A model generated the notes under the pieces. The model did no database searches. It was not told where the DNA came from and worked only from the letters and a program-made list of their open reading frames with translations. A stretch of DNA of 64,000 bases. It comes from an uncultured bacterium. GTDB taxonomy: Bacteria; Krumholzibacteriota; Krumholzibacteriia; LZORAL124-64-63. Each line of letters begins with the position of its first letter. Position 1 is the first letter of the stretch. The stretch covers positions 64,001-128,000 of the forward strand of contig CAVSZB010000002.1 in assembly GCA_963732385.1 (NCBI GenBank), read 5' to 3'. Shown here one piece after another: positions 28,604 to 38,114 of the stretch. Made by a program: the position numbers and the translations under genes.

Positions 28604-29878
28604 TCAATCGAACCGCCGAGTCCGTCGAGATCGCCGCCATAATGGTATGAACGCGCTCGCCAGCAACACGAGAGTCCAAGGATCAACGCCACCACCACCA
28701 CCGCCGCCACCACTGCCGGCACTCGCCTGTGAGACCGTATATGGGATTCGAACGATAACTTCCTCGTCCCCGTCCAGGAGCACCTTTACGGTGACCACGT
28801 TGTTCGAGATTCCTGAGGGCCCCAGGTAAATTCCGCGGACTCGGCGGCCATTGATCTGAGTTGCAGTATTCATGACCTCCTGTCGCTGGTCGCCAGATTG
28901 AACATACAGTCCCGAGTACCCCACAAATGCCAGATCGCCGTCCTCCGAGACGGCCACGGAGGCAAAGTCGTCAAAAGGTCGTGCTCCGCCACTGCCCCTC
29001 TCCGTTCCCTCGACAACGAGACGAATCTGCCCGCTTTTCCAGACATACAGGGAGTCGGGCAGGCCGACAGGTTTGCCGATAAAGGCCACGTCTCCTCCCC
29101 CGCCGTGGCTGTGAATCCGGTTGGGGGTTAGCTCTTCTAGTTGGCCATTGGGAAGTGGCGTTCCCGGGGTTGCAATGACGGAGAGCGCTCCAGCGTCGCT
29201 CACGACCAGGCTTGTGGTCGAACTGCCGGGAAGGCCCATACTTGTAATAAAGCTGACCTCAGTTCCGTCGGTGGATGCACGATGGAATCCACCGATAGTC
29301 CCGCCGCCCGGTGCCGGATCACCACGTAAAGCAATGGCGCCTGATGGTACCGGTGTGAGCCGTACAATGTATCCTTCGTCGATGCTCTGAACAAATAGTC
29401 CACTTCCTCTTGCCGCCACATAGCTGAGCGGCAAAATCTCCGCAAGCTCAGGCAAGGGAGCAGAGCTGTCGACCACTGTCGTCAGGTTTCCGCCGCTAAA
29501 CCGATAGACACCCGAGAATTGCGAGGTGCCGGCAAGGCTTGCGGGGAACAGAACAGCACCGTTGGCTACAACTGGAAGTCCGAAATCGGCAAAGTTCGAG
29601 TTACTACCCGGTGCTGGATCGGTATCGTCAGCGACGGCCTGGAGGTTTCCGGACTCCCAGAGATAGACACCTCTGTCGAAGGCGTTATTGCTTCCAACGA
29701 ACGCAATGGTCCCATTTTCTATGGACGGTTCGGTGAGGTAGCGGAACGTTCCCATCCCACCAGGGATGGCAGTGCTGGCACCAACGATGCCTTCAACCGT
29801 GGCGGTGATCGCAGCGCCCGCTGCCCCCCATGAAAGACTGAGTCCAAGAACAGCAGCTACTCGTCCGAAGTTCGCCAT
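28604..29878 (-). CDS. Secreted repeat protein with GlyGly-CTERM-like sorting signal; AT-richer than flanks
   Basis: Signal peptide; GxVAFxG repeats; C-terminal Gly run + VDPWTLVLLASAF + basic tail; many A/T-ending codons. Confidence 0.75.
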   Translation of the reverse strand: MANFGRVAAVLGLSLSWGAAGAAITATVEGIVGASTAIPGGMGTFRYLTEPSIENGTIAFVGSNNAFDRGVYLWESGNLQAVADDTDPAPGSNSNFADFGLPVVANGAVLFPASLAGTSQFSGVYRFSGGNLTTVVDSSAPLPELAEILPLSYVAARGSGLFVQSIDEGYIVRLTPVPSGAIALRGDPAPGGGTIGGFHRASTDGTEVSFITSMGLPGSSTTSLVVSDAGALSVIATPGTPLPNGQLEELTPNRIHSHGGGGDVAFIGKPVGLPDSLYVWKSGQIRLVVEGTERGSGGARPFDDFASVAVSEDGDLAFVGYSGLYVQSGDQRQEVMNTATQINGRRVRGIYLGPSGISNNVVTVKVLLDGDEEVIVRIPYTVSQASAGSGGGGGGGGVDPWTLVLLASAFIPLWRRSRRTRRFD

Positions 29879-29932
29879 GCTCCTTTCCTTCACATACCTG
29901 TCGCGGAAGATATGCAGGGAGTTTATAGCATC

Positions 29933-30007
29933 CGGGGAGAGGCGCTCGGCGCGAGTAAGTCCTGCGCACGCAGGCGCTGACGAACTGCTGGTCAGCGAAT
30001 CTCCCCG
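29933..30007. other. Intergenic four-way-junction (cloverleaf-like) structured element
   Basis: Closing stem cggggaga/tctccccg; internal stems gctcg/cgagt, cctgc/gcagg, cgctgac/gtcagcg. Confidence 0.45.
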
Positions 30008-30030
30008 CTACGCCAACGAGAAAATAGATC

Positions 30031-31065
30031 TCAGCGCAACTTCGGCAGCACCTGCTCCGCAAACACCCGCGCCTGTGCCACCAACCCGGCCTGGCGCTCG
30101 CCATGCGGTGCGGCCACGGGCGATCCGCCCAGCACGTTGACGTGATCCAGCCCGAGGGCGATCAGCTGCTGCAGGCGCTCCAGGCACTTGGAAGCCGGAC
30201 CGCAGATGGAAAACCAGTCGACAAAGGCATCGTCGACCATGCCGAGGTGTTTGCCGTCGTGCTGCGCGTGGCGGGCCATGTCGTAACCGGACTTCATCTG
30301 TTCGGCCAGCCCCTTGAGTTGTGGCGGCAGGTGTTCGGTCGGTGAATTCCGCATGCCGGCGAAATGCGCGACCATGCCGGAAATCATCCGGCCCAGGTCG
30401 ATCGCGCGCTGCTCGTCCGGATCGCAGACCAGGTTGACGAAAGCACCCACGCTCAACGACGCGCGGTCGCGTCCGGTCTCGGCCAGACGCGCCTGCAGGA
30501 TGTCCAGTGCCCAGCTGATGCGCTCGGGCGCACTGCCCACGGCAAAGCTCACGCGGTCGGCGATATCTGCGGCCATGCGGATGGTGGCCGGTCCGGTGCA
30601 GGCAAGATCGATCGGCACCGTGGGGAAGTCGCCAGGCTGTATCCAGCGCATGCGTGAACTGGTCTCGCCGCGCATCACCTCGTCACCGCGCAGATAGCCG
30701 CGCAGCTGCTCGATATAGCTGCGCAGTTCTGCCGTCGTGGCATTGCGTCGGCCGATATGCGCGGCCGAGGAATCGCCCCGGCCGATGCCACAGCGTGCCC
30801 GGCCACCCGACTCGATCTGCAGGGTCGCCAGCGCACCGGCAGTGACCGATGAATCACGCGTCAGGGGGTTGGTCACCCCGGTGCCCAGGAACAGCCGCGT
30901 GGTGCGCGCCGCTGCCAGGCTGAGCTGACCATAGGGATCAGGGCTGAGGCACTGCGTATCGGGGCACAGCAGCGCATCGAAGCCCATCGCTTCGATCTCG
31001 GCGGCGAGTCTCGCGGTGTAGCCCGCCGAGGGCTCCATCACCATACCGACTTCAAGCGGCCTCAT
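30031..31065 (-). CDS. LLM-class flavin/F420-dependent oxidoreductase (Mer-like)
   Basis: PDTQ, LGTGVTNP..R, SGGRARCGIGRGDS, ACTGP. Confidence 0.88.
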   Translation of the reverse strand: MRPLEVGMVMEPSAGYTARLAAEIEAMGFDALLCPDTQCLSPDPYGQLSLAAARTTRLFLGTGVTNPLTRDSSVTAGALATLQIESGGRARCGIGRGDSSAAHIGRRNATTAELRSYIEQLRGYLRGDEVMRGETSSRMRWIQPGDFPTVPIDLACTGPATIRMAADIADRVSFAVGSAPERISWALDILQARLAETGRDRASLSVGAFVNLVCDPDEQRAIDLGRMISGMVAHFAGMRNSPTEHLPPQLKGLAEQMKSGYDMARHAQHDGKHLGMVDDAFVDWFSICGPASKCLERLQQLIALGLDHVNVLGGSPVAAPHGERQAGLVAQARVFAEQVLPKLR

Positions 31066-31093
31066 TGGCTGCAGTCCGTCAATGCGGCTTGAC

Positions 31094-32032
31094 TCATCCG
31101 TTGCCACCGGGTCGCGGACCGGTGCTGCCGATCACGTTCTTGGCCAGCGCCACCATCGAGGCCAGGTCACTGAGGTTGGCAGGCACCACCAGCGTATTGC
31201 CGGCCTTGGCGAGATTGCCGAACTGGAGCAGATAGCTCTCCGCAACCCGCAACTGCATGGCTTCGGCACCACCCGGTTCACGCAGACTGATGGCCACCTG
31301 GCGCAGACCTTCGGCAGTTGCCGTTGCCACGGCGAGAATCGCCGCTGCCTCGCCATCGGCCTCGTTGATCTGCCGTTGCTTGGCCGCCTCGGAGGCCTTG
31401 ATCACGCGCTGCTTGTCGCCCTCGGCCTCGTTGATCTTCGCATCGCGCTCGCCTTCGGAGGTCAGCACCACGGCGCGCTTTTCGCGCTCGGCGCGCATCT
31501 GCTTTTCCATCGCCGAGAGAACGTCACGCGGCGGATTGATGTTCTTGATCTCGTAGCGCATCACCTTGACGCCCCAGGGCTCCGAGGCCTTGTCGAGCTC
31601 GGCAACCACGTTGGCGTTGATGGCCGCCCGCACCTCGAAGGTCCGATCCAGGTCGATCTTGCCGATCTCGCTGCGCAGTGCGGTCTGCGCCAGCTGGATG
31701 ATGGCGAAGATGTAATCCGTGATGCCGTAGGAGGTGAGCTGTGGATCAAGCACCCGCAGATACAGCACACCGTCGATGCCCACCTGCACGTTGTCGCGCG
31801 TGATGCAGGTCTGCTCCGGGATATCGATGGCCTGTTCCTTCAGCGAATGCCGGTAAGCAACGACCTCGACGAAAGGCACCAGGATATGGAACCCGGCCGA
31901 CAGCGTGCGGCTGTACTTGCCGAGATACTCGACCACATAGGCGCTCTGCTGTGGTACCACGACGGCGGTCTTGAGCAAAACGACGATCGCCAGAATGGCG
32001 AGTGCGAGGCCGACTCCGAATCCAAGGTTCAT
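31094..32032 (-). CDS. qmcA: SPFH/band-7 (stomatin-like) protein
   Basis: QTCITRDNV, AQTALRSEIG, WGVKVMRYEIKNI, MEKQMRAERE. Confidence 0.9.
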   Translation of the reverse strand: MNLGFGVGLALAILAIVVLLKTAVVVPQQSAYVVEYLGKYSRTLSAGFHILVPFVEVVAYRHSLKEQAIDIPEQTCITRDNVQVGIDGVLYLRVLDPQLTSYGITDYIFAIIQLAQTALRSEIGKIDLDRTFEVRAAINANVVAELDKASEPWGVKVMRYEIKNINPPRDVLSAMEKQMRAEREKRAVVLTSEGERDAKINEAEGDKQRVIKASEAAKQRQINEADGEAAAILAVATATAEGLRQVAISLREPGGAEAMQLRVAESYLLQFGNLAKAGNTLVVPANLSDLASMVALAKNVIGSTGPRPGGNG

Positions 32033-32060
32033 GTGCGTACTCTCCTGCCTGCGTCCGTAT

Positions 32061-32504
32061 TCATGCCTGTTCCGGCACTGCTTCGACCTGCAGCCCGATG
32101 CCCGCCACCGCCGTGATGCGCGCGCGACCGCCCGCGGGAATCGCCACACTCCCCGTATTGCGCACCTGCCAGGTGGAACCACGAATCTCCATGCGGCAGA
32201 CCTCTCCGGGTGGCAGGAGTTCCGGAATGCGCAGTTCGTCACCGACGAAATCATCCTTCAGGCCCGGTGCCTGGGTGCGCAGCGCCGTGTAAACCCGCTT
32301 GCGGAACAGCACCATGGCAGCCAGCGCGATGCCGGCAAACAGCAGCCACTGGGCCCACAGCGGGATCCACGGCAATGCCAGCACCATGCCACCGACGATC
32401 AGCGCCGACACGCCAATGAACACCAGAAAGAACTCCGCCTCGATGAACATCAGCTCGGCACCGAGCAGCAGCGCTCCGATGACTATCCAGCCCCACCACG
32501 GCAT
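32061..32504 (-). CDS. NfeD-like (YbbJ) partner of the SPFH protein
   Basis: WWGWIVIG..LLGAE TM region; OB-fold RGSTW; adjacent to the SPFH gene. Confidence 0.85.
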   Translation of the reverse strand: MPWWGWIVIGALLLGAELMFIEAEFFLVFIGVSALIVGGMVLALPWIPLWAQWLLFAGIALAAMVLFRKRVYTALRTQAPGLKDDFVGDELRIPELLPPGEVCRMEIRGSTWQVRNTGSVAIPAGGRARITAVAGIGLQVEAVPEQA

Positions 32505-32538
32505 AGGCGTTCTCCCTCGGGCAGCGACCCGGAACCGA

Positions 32539-33594
32539 TTATGGCACCGGAAGGGTGCCGAAGACTGACCGCACCACCTCTTCCGCTGCACCACGCACGT
32601 CGAGCAGCGAACGCGCCGCCGCCAGCTGGCTGGCCGCGCGCACCTGGTTGTGCGCGCTGCGGCTCGGGTAGCGGCTGGCGTCCCAGCCGAAGTAATTTTC
32701 GTTCAGTGCATCGGCACAGAAACGTGCGGCCAGCTCCACGTAGATCGTCAGAGTCGCGGGCACGATGGCACTGTACTCCGCCGGCAGGATCCAGCCCGCG
32801 GCACCCGCGGCATAGCCCTCCACCGCTCCCCGGAAAAGCGCCAGCGAGAAGGCTGAACTCTGATCATCCTCACCGCGCGGGTTGCACCAGGAGCGGAATG
32901 CATCACCCAGCTCCAGCGGCAGGGGCATGCGACCCAGCGTGTCCAGATCGATCAGGCACAGCGCCTTGTCGCTGACCGGATCAAACAGGATGTTGTTGAT
33001 CTTCGGATCGCCATGCACGAGCCGGTCGGGCAGCACGGGCAGCGGCTCGAGCGCAGCGGCCAGCGCGAGGATTTCCTCGGCCAGCGGCCGCACGACGGGA
33101 TACTGCGGATGGGTACGGTGTTCGCTGAGCGCACGACGCAAATTGGCCAGGTGGCGCGGCGTGTCGTGCACGCCGACCCGGGCACTGCGAAACTCGTGCT
33201 GGCAGTCATCAAGCGCACGATGGAAACGAGCCAGCAGCGCGCCCGCCTCCTGCGCCTGCGCAACCGTGCTCAACCGCTCGTGACTCCTGCCCGCCACCCA
33301 GCTCATCAGCCGGTAGACGCCACCCTCATGCAACTGCCAGTAACTGCCATCCGCTGCGGGGAGCAATTCCGGTGCAATCAGGCCCCCGGCACGCAGATGC
33401 CCGGTGACGATGCGGATATCCTCGTTGACGGCCGGCGGAAACAGCGGGTTGACCTGCTGCATGACACGACGGTCGGTACCTGTCTCGATGAGCCAGGTGC
33501 GATTGATCAGCCCGCTGCCGAGCAGCGATACCCGGGCCTCAGAAAGGCCCCAGGCACGCAGCATCTGCGGCGGCGGAAGATCAGTGTCCGGCAT
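32539..33594 (-). CDS. Aminoglycoside phosphotransferase-fold kinase (N-acetylhexosamine-kinase-like)
   Basis: GSGLINRT, VHGDPKINN, LIDLDT motifs. Confidence 0.85.
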   Translation of the reverse strand: MPDTDLPPPQMLRAWGLSEARVSLLGSGLINRTWLIETGTDRRVMQQVNPLFPPAVNEDIRIVTGHLRAGGLIAPELLPAADGSYWQLHEGGVYRLMSWVAGRSHERLSTVAQAQEAGALLARFHRALDDCQHEFRSARVGVHDTPRHLANLRRALSEHRTHPQYPVVRPLAEEILALAAALEPLPVLPDRLVHGDPKINNILFDPVSDKALCLIDLDTLGRMPLPLELGDAFRSWCNPRGEDDQSSAFSLALFRGAVEGYAAGAAGWILPAEYSAIVPATLTIYVELAARFCADALNENYFGWDASRYPSRSAHNQVRAASQLAAARSLLDVRGAAEEVVRSVFGTLPVP

Positions 33595-33680
33595 ATGCAC
33601 TCCATTCCCGGGCGGCAGAGCAATTGGCGTCATTGTCGCATCCTGCCAGCGCTGCCCCGCAACTGGCTGCGCCGCCGCGT

Positions 33681-33715
33681 TCAGCTTGACAGCATCGCGA
33701 GCTGACGGTTAGCTT
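33681..33715 (+). promoter_or_regulatory. Putative sigma70 promoter of erpA (possibly leaderless) overlapped by an imperfect palindrome
   Basis: TTGACA-N18-TAGCTT ends 7 nt before the ATG; no SD; TCAGCTTG-N9-CGAGCTGA dyad. Confidence 0.45.
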
Positions 33716-33722
33716 TCCCCTC

Positions 33723-34076
33723 ATGAACACCGAAGCTGCCACTGGCGCACCGACCCTGGTTTTTTCCGATTCTGCTGCGGCCAAAGTTGCCCAACTGATC
33801 AGCGAAGAAGCCAACCCCAACCTGAAACTGCGCGTATTCATCTCGGGCGGCGGCTGCTCGGGTTTCCAGTATGGCTTCACCTTCGATGAGAACCTCGAGG
33901 ACGGTGACACCCAGGTACAGAACCAGGATGTCACCCTGCTCATCGATCCGATGAGCATCCAGTACCTGGCCGGCGCCGAGATCGACTACAAGGAAGATCT
34001 GGAAGGTTCCCGCTTCGTCATCCGGAACCCGAATGCCGCCACCACCTGTGGCTGCGGTTCCAGCTTTTCCACCTGA
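33723..34076 (+). CDS. erpA: Fe-S cluster insertion protein ErpA
   Basis: [25 protein letters not shown]. Confidence 0.96.
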   Translation: MNTEAATGAPTLVFSDSAAAKVAQLISEEANPNLKLRVFISGGGCSGFQYGFTFDENLEDGDTQVQNQDVTLLIDPMSIQYLAGAEIDYKEDLEGSRFVIRNPNAATTCGCGSSFST

Positions 34077-34098
34077 TTCACAAAGAAGTAACACAACA

Positions 34099-34716
34099 AT
34101 GAGCCTGGACCCCGAAGTTCGCGATGCGATCGATGGCCTGCTGCGTGAAAACCGCGTGGTGCTGTTCATGAAAGGCAACCGCGCCCAGCCGCAGTGCGGA
34201 TTTTCCGCCAAAACCGTTGAAGCACTGGACATGATCCTGCCCGACTATCAGGTTGTCGACGTACTCAGGAATCCCGAGGTGCGCGAAGGCATCAAGGCCT
34301 ACGGCAACTGGCCGACGATCCCGCAGCTCTATGTCGCCGGCGAACTGGTTGGCGGCTGCGACATCGTCAAGGAAATGTTCGATTCGGGTGAGCTCGGCAC
34401 ATTGCTCGGCGTGACGGCGACAACGCCCGATCACCCACCCGCGATCCGGATCAGTCCGGCTGCCATGGACATCATGCAGAACGCGCTGGAGAAAAATCCC
34501 GGCAAGGCGATCTGCCTGCGGATCAACGGCAGCTGGAAACACAGCCTGTCGCTCGAGGCGCCGCGACCCGGCAGCATGACCGTCAGCGTTGCACCGATCA
34601 CCATCGACGTGGATGCCTGGAGCGCAACGCGCGCTGACGGCTTGTCTATCGACGTGCTGGACAGCGTGCAGGGCCGCGGCTTCCGCTTCGACAATCCAAA
34701 CGCGCCGGCTGACTGA
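34099..34716 (+). CDS. grxD: Monothiol glutaredoxin (CGFS) with a C-terminal A-type-carrier-like domain
   Basis: LFMKG..PQCGFS, WPTIPQLY, GGCD; C-terminal extension ends GFRFDNPNA. Confidence 0.9.
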   Translation: MSLDPEVRDAIDGLLRENRVVLFMKGNRAQPQCGFSAKTVEALDMILPDYQVVDVLRNPEVREGIKAYGNWPTIPQLYVAGELVGGCDIVKEMFDSGELGTLLGVTATTPDHPPAIRISPAAMDIMQNALEKNPGKAICLRINGSWKHSLSLEAPRPGSMTVSVAPITIDVDAWSATRADGLSIDVLDSVQGRGFRFDNPNAPAD

Positions 34717-34731
34717 AATCGCCGGCAAATC

Positions 34732-36276
34732 TCAGAGCAGGTCGTCGACCACCATCACGGCCGGAGGCTTGCCATCGCTCGATACCGAGCGGGCCGTATC
34801 CACGAGCACGACGGTGAAGACACTCCCGCTGGCCGCATTGAAATCCGCACTGGCCAGCACGGTCTTGGTGCCGGCAGTGGTGAAGCTCACCGTATAAAGC
34901 CCCGGCTCAAAGCTGAAGTGTCCCGTCGAGCTGCCCGCTACAAGGCCGCCCAGGCTGGCGTTTTCATTCGTGATGTCCGTGCCCTGCAGCTCGATGTAAA
35001 CGTCCACGGAATTGCCGGCCGGCGCAGCATCGACAATCCGCAGCTTGGTGGTTCTTGCAAACGGTCGTACGTCATCGCTGAGTACGGTCAGATTCTTCGC
35101 GACAACCGTGTCGCCTGAGGGCACCGGCACCAGGCCGAGCGCCAGCAGCGAGTTGCGCCGGCCCTGCACCAGCGACAGATTGGCACCGAACAGGATGGTC
35201 GCCGGCACACCGGTCGCAGCCACCTTGAACGAATAGGCGTTTGCGGAATTCAGCAACAGGTAGCCGGCCGGCGGCGGGACACTGAAGTCGAGGCTCGCGT
35301 AACCGTGCGCGGCGGGATAGCCCAGCCCCGTCACCAGGGTCGTGACTTCGGGCGCCGGTGCCACACACTGCACGTCGCTGGAGGCCAGCGTGGGATCGTA
35401 GATGCAGGGCGAAGCCAGCGGCGGATCCGGCGGCACCGTATCCTTGCGCAGGGCGCGTTCGGCCGTGGCGGTCAACGCGGGCAGGTCCGGCGACACGTTG
35501 TAAACCCGCACATCGGCCGGCGTCGTGACATCCAGGATCTCACCGCCAAAGGTGCCGTCATTGGTCACCAGTGATATCGGTGCCGTACCGGTCCCCGTGT
35601 TGGGAACCACGACGAACAGCAGGCTGACCGACGCGCGCAGCGTCTCCGGCCCGGAATCCAGCAGGATCGTTGCCTTGTCACCGGCCGGCGTGACACGGAT
35701 GCGCCAGCTTTCAGCATCGCCGGAGAGGAAATCCTGTTGCGCGGATATCTCCCGGAATCCGGCCAGCGTAAACGCTGGCGTGGCCGCATCCAGGCTGTCG
35801 GTCGGGGCCGTCAGGTACACATCGATGGCGGCCGTATCCGGTACCGCGTGCACGAACTGCAGGCGCGTCGTTCCGGCTGGAACCACCGCGATCGCGTTAT
35901 CGATATTCAGCATCTGCAGCGTCGAGCTGCCATTCTCACCCAGCTTGCCGACCGCAATCGTGGTGTATTCGCGCCCGGCCAGCAGCGACCTGGACTCCTC
36001 AATGAGGACGTCATCACCCGGCAGGACCACCTCCAGGCCCATCGCCCGGGGCGCCGGTGTCAGATAGGTGTATCGCGTACCGGATTTGTAGTCGAGCGGG
36101 AAAAAGAGCACGTTGTCGACCAGAAAATTGATCGGTGGCGCATCGGGCGACGCATTGATGACGCGCAGGCGCAGTTCATTGTCGAGACTGCCGCTACCGC
36201 CGCCACAGGCCGCCACCCAGGCTGCCATGCAGGCCAGCACGGCAGTCAGTTTTACGGCCCTGAAAATGCGCTTCAT
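34732..36276 (-). CDS. DUF4397-like repeat lipoprotein
   Basis: Lipobox VAAC; repeated RVINASPDAP / FVHAVPD / VYNVSPD / IVDAAP motifs. Confidence 0.8.
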   Translation of the reverse strand: MKRIFRAVKLTAVLACMAAWVAACGGGSGSLDNELRLRVINASPDAPPINFLVDNVLFFPLDYKSGTRYTYLTPAPRAMGLEVVLPGDDVLIEESRSLLAGREYTTIAVGKLGENGSSTLQMLNIDNAIAVVPAGTTRLQFVHAVPDTAAIDVYLTAPTDSLDAATPAFTLAGFREISAQQDFLSGDAESWRIRVTPAGDKATILLDSGPETLRASVSLLFVVVPNTGTGTAPISLVTNDGTFGGEILDVTTPADVRVYNVSPDLPALTATAERALRKDTVPPDPPLASPCIYDPTLASSDVQCVAPAPEVTTLVTGLGYPAAHGYASLDFSVPPPAGYLLLNSANAYSFKVAATGVPATILFGANLSLVQGRRNSLLALGLVPVPSGDTVVAKNLTVLSDDVRPFARTTKLRIVDAAPAGNSVDVYIELQGTDITNENASLGGLVAGSSTGHFSFEPGLYTVSFTTAGTKTVLASADFNAASGSVFTVVLVDTARSVSSDGKPPAVMVVDDLL

Positions 36277-36335
36277 CAGACTACACCCAATCCGGATCGG
36301 CGCTCACCTTAGCCGGTTCCTTCAGTTCAAGCCAG

Positions 36336-38009
36336 TCAGTCGGAAGCCGGCGGAAATTCCAGCCTCACCTCACCATTGAGCGCGGCCAGCAGGGCCGGAT
36401 CACGGTCATAGACATCGGGCAGAAACCTGAGGCGGCCGGCAGCATCCAGCTCGGCCGTCCAGTACAGCATCAGCACCGGCCACGGCCGGGGCAGGCTCAC
36501 CCTCTGCGTTTTGCCGGTATCGATGGCGGCCTGCAGGCTCTGGCGATTCCAGCGGGCCGGGTCAGCCAGCAGGATTTCGGCCAGTGACAGCGGATCCTCG
36601 ATCCGCACGCATCCCGAACTGAGCAGACGCCGGGTACGCTCGAACAGCTCACGGGCCGGTGTGTCGTGCAGGAACACGGCATGTGGATTCGGGAACATGA
36701 ACTTGATCCGGCCGAGCGAGTTTTTCGGCCCGGGTGCCTGGCGGAAGGTCCAGGGCGGCCGATCACCCACGCGCTGCCAGTCAATCGTGCGCGGATCCAC
36801 CACCCGCCCGCGTGCATCGATGACACTGAGCTGGTGCTCGGCCAGGTAGCCCGGATCGCGGCGCAGGCGCGGCAACACGTCCTCGCGCAGGATCGTCGGC
36901 GGCACGGTCCAGGTCGGATTCAGCTCCAGCCAGGTCATCGCCCCGCGGAAGACCGGTGTCTGGCGGTTGACGCGCCCGACCACCGCACGCCGCGCCCAGA
37001 AACGCTCGCCGTTACGCACCGCGTAGACCTCGGAACCGGCGATGTTGACCACGATGACCTCGCCAGCGGTGTCGTCGGCCACCCAGCGCGCGCGCTCGAG
37101 CGAGAGGCGCAGCTGATCGATGCGCGTCTCGACCGGGACATTCATTGCGGCGAACGTGGCAGCGCCGGCAACACCATCTGCAGCCAGCGCATGCCGTTTC
37201 TGAAACGTGCGTACGCCCTCCGCAAGCGCGGCATCGAACTGCGCATCAGCGGTATCGGCTGCGGGCGGCAGATCGCCAACGATGAGCAGATGCCGGCGCA
37301 GGGTCGGCACCCGCGCATCGCGATCGCCCTCGCGCAGGACCGGGCCAGGCCGAATCATCGGCCAGCCACCGGTATCGGCAATATGGCGATAGTTCACCAG
37401 GGCCTTCTGCAGATCACGGTAGAGCGGCGACCGCCCGATCCAGCTGTCGACGTATGCCTGCAGCGAGGGGGCCGCAATCACCTCCTGCAAGGTCGACAGC
37501 GGCTCACGACCCGGACGGAACTGGCGGCTGAAGTTCCAGGTGGGCTCCATGCGGGCCGGATTGACCTTGCCGAAGCGCTGGTGATAGCCAAAGCGGACCA
37601 GGCTTTCGGTCAGCAGCAGCTCCAGTGCCGCGCCCGTCGCAGGATCACTGTCCAGCTGGTATTGCTCGCGCAATTTGCGGAGCTGCGGCAGATGGTAGTC
37701 GTCTGGATCCAGGCCATGACTCTCGGCAGTGGCCAGCAGATCGAAGAGTTCCCCGATACGCGCACCGCTGGTCCAGACAGGTACGTAATCGCGCGCTGCA
37801 TAGAAGTCCACCAGCAGCGATGCCGAGGCGATGGCGAGTCCCTGCACATAGATCCCGCCGGCTTCACGCAGTCGCAGCACCTGCGACTGCAGTTCGGCCG
37901 CTACGGCAGCAGGCGGCGCGTCGGCCTGCGACACCGGCAGCCAAAGGAGCATTGCGGCAACGGCGAGGGCGCGCCGGCACTGACGTGACCAGCTTGGCAA
38001 TTTGCGCAT
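36336..38009 (-). CDS. ldtD: L,D-transpeptidase (YcbB/LdtD)
   Basis: Peptidoglycan-binding domain (FQKRHAL..DG), NPTWTVP, LGRIKFMFPN, LHDTP, SSGCVR, DVYDRD. Confidence 0.93.
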   Translation of the reverse strand: MRKLPSWSRQCRRALAVAAMLLWLPVSQADAPPAAVAAELQSQVLRLREAGGIYVQGLAIASASLLVDFYAARDYVPVWTSGARIGELFDLLATAESHGLDPDDYHLPQLRKLREQYQLDSDPATGAALELLLTESLVRFGYHQRFGKVNPARMEPTWNFSRQFRPGREPLSTLQEVIAAPSLQAYVDSWIGRSPLYRDLQKALVNYRHIADTGGWPMIRPGPVLREGDRDARVPTLRRHLLIVGDLPPAADTADAQFDAALAEGVRTFQKRHALAADGVAGAATFAAMNVPVETRIDQLRLSLERARWVADDTAGEVIVVNIAGSEVYAVRNGERFWARRAVVGRVNRQTPVFRGAMTWLELNPTWTVPPTILREDVLPRLRRDPGYLAEHQLSVIDARGRVVDPRTIDWQRVGDRPPWTFRQAPGPKNSLGRIKFMFPNPHAVFLHDTPARELFERTRRLLSSGCVRIEDPLSLAEILLADPARWNRQSLQAAIDTGKTQRVSLPRPWPVLMLYWTAELDAAGRLRFLPDVYDRDPALLAALNGEVRLEFPPASD

Positions 38010-38114
38010 CCAGCCAGGGAAATCGGCGCGGCGACTGCGGTTCGGACTTGCCCCGAGGCTACCGCGTCTGGAACAATCGTCCGCTTGAGGCCGACCCTCC
38101 GACGGAGCAAAAGA

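Noticed and set aside
29934..30010. tRNA gene
   Set aside because: No GTTCRA T-loop, no 7-nt anticodon loop, no D-loop consensus and no CCA; kept only as an unknown structured element.
33681..33705. IscR type 1 site upstream of erpA
   Set aside because: Only the left half resembles the consensus; reported just as a promoter-overlapping dyad.
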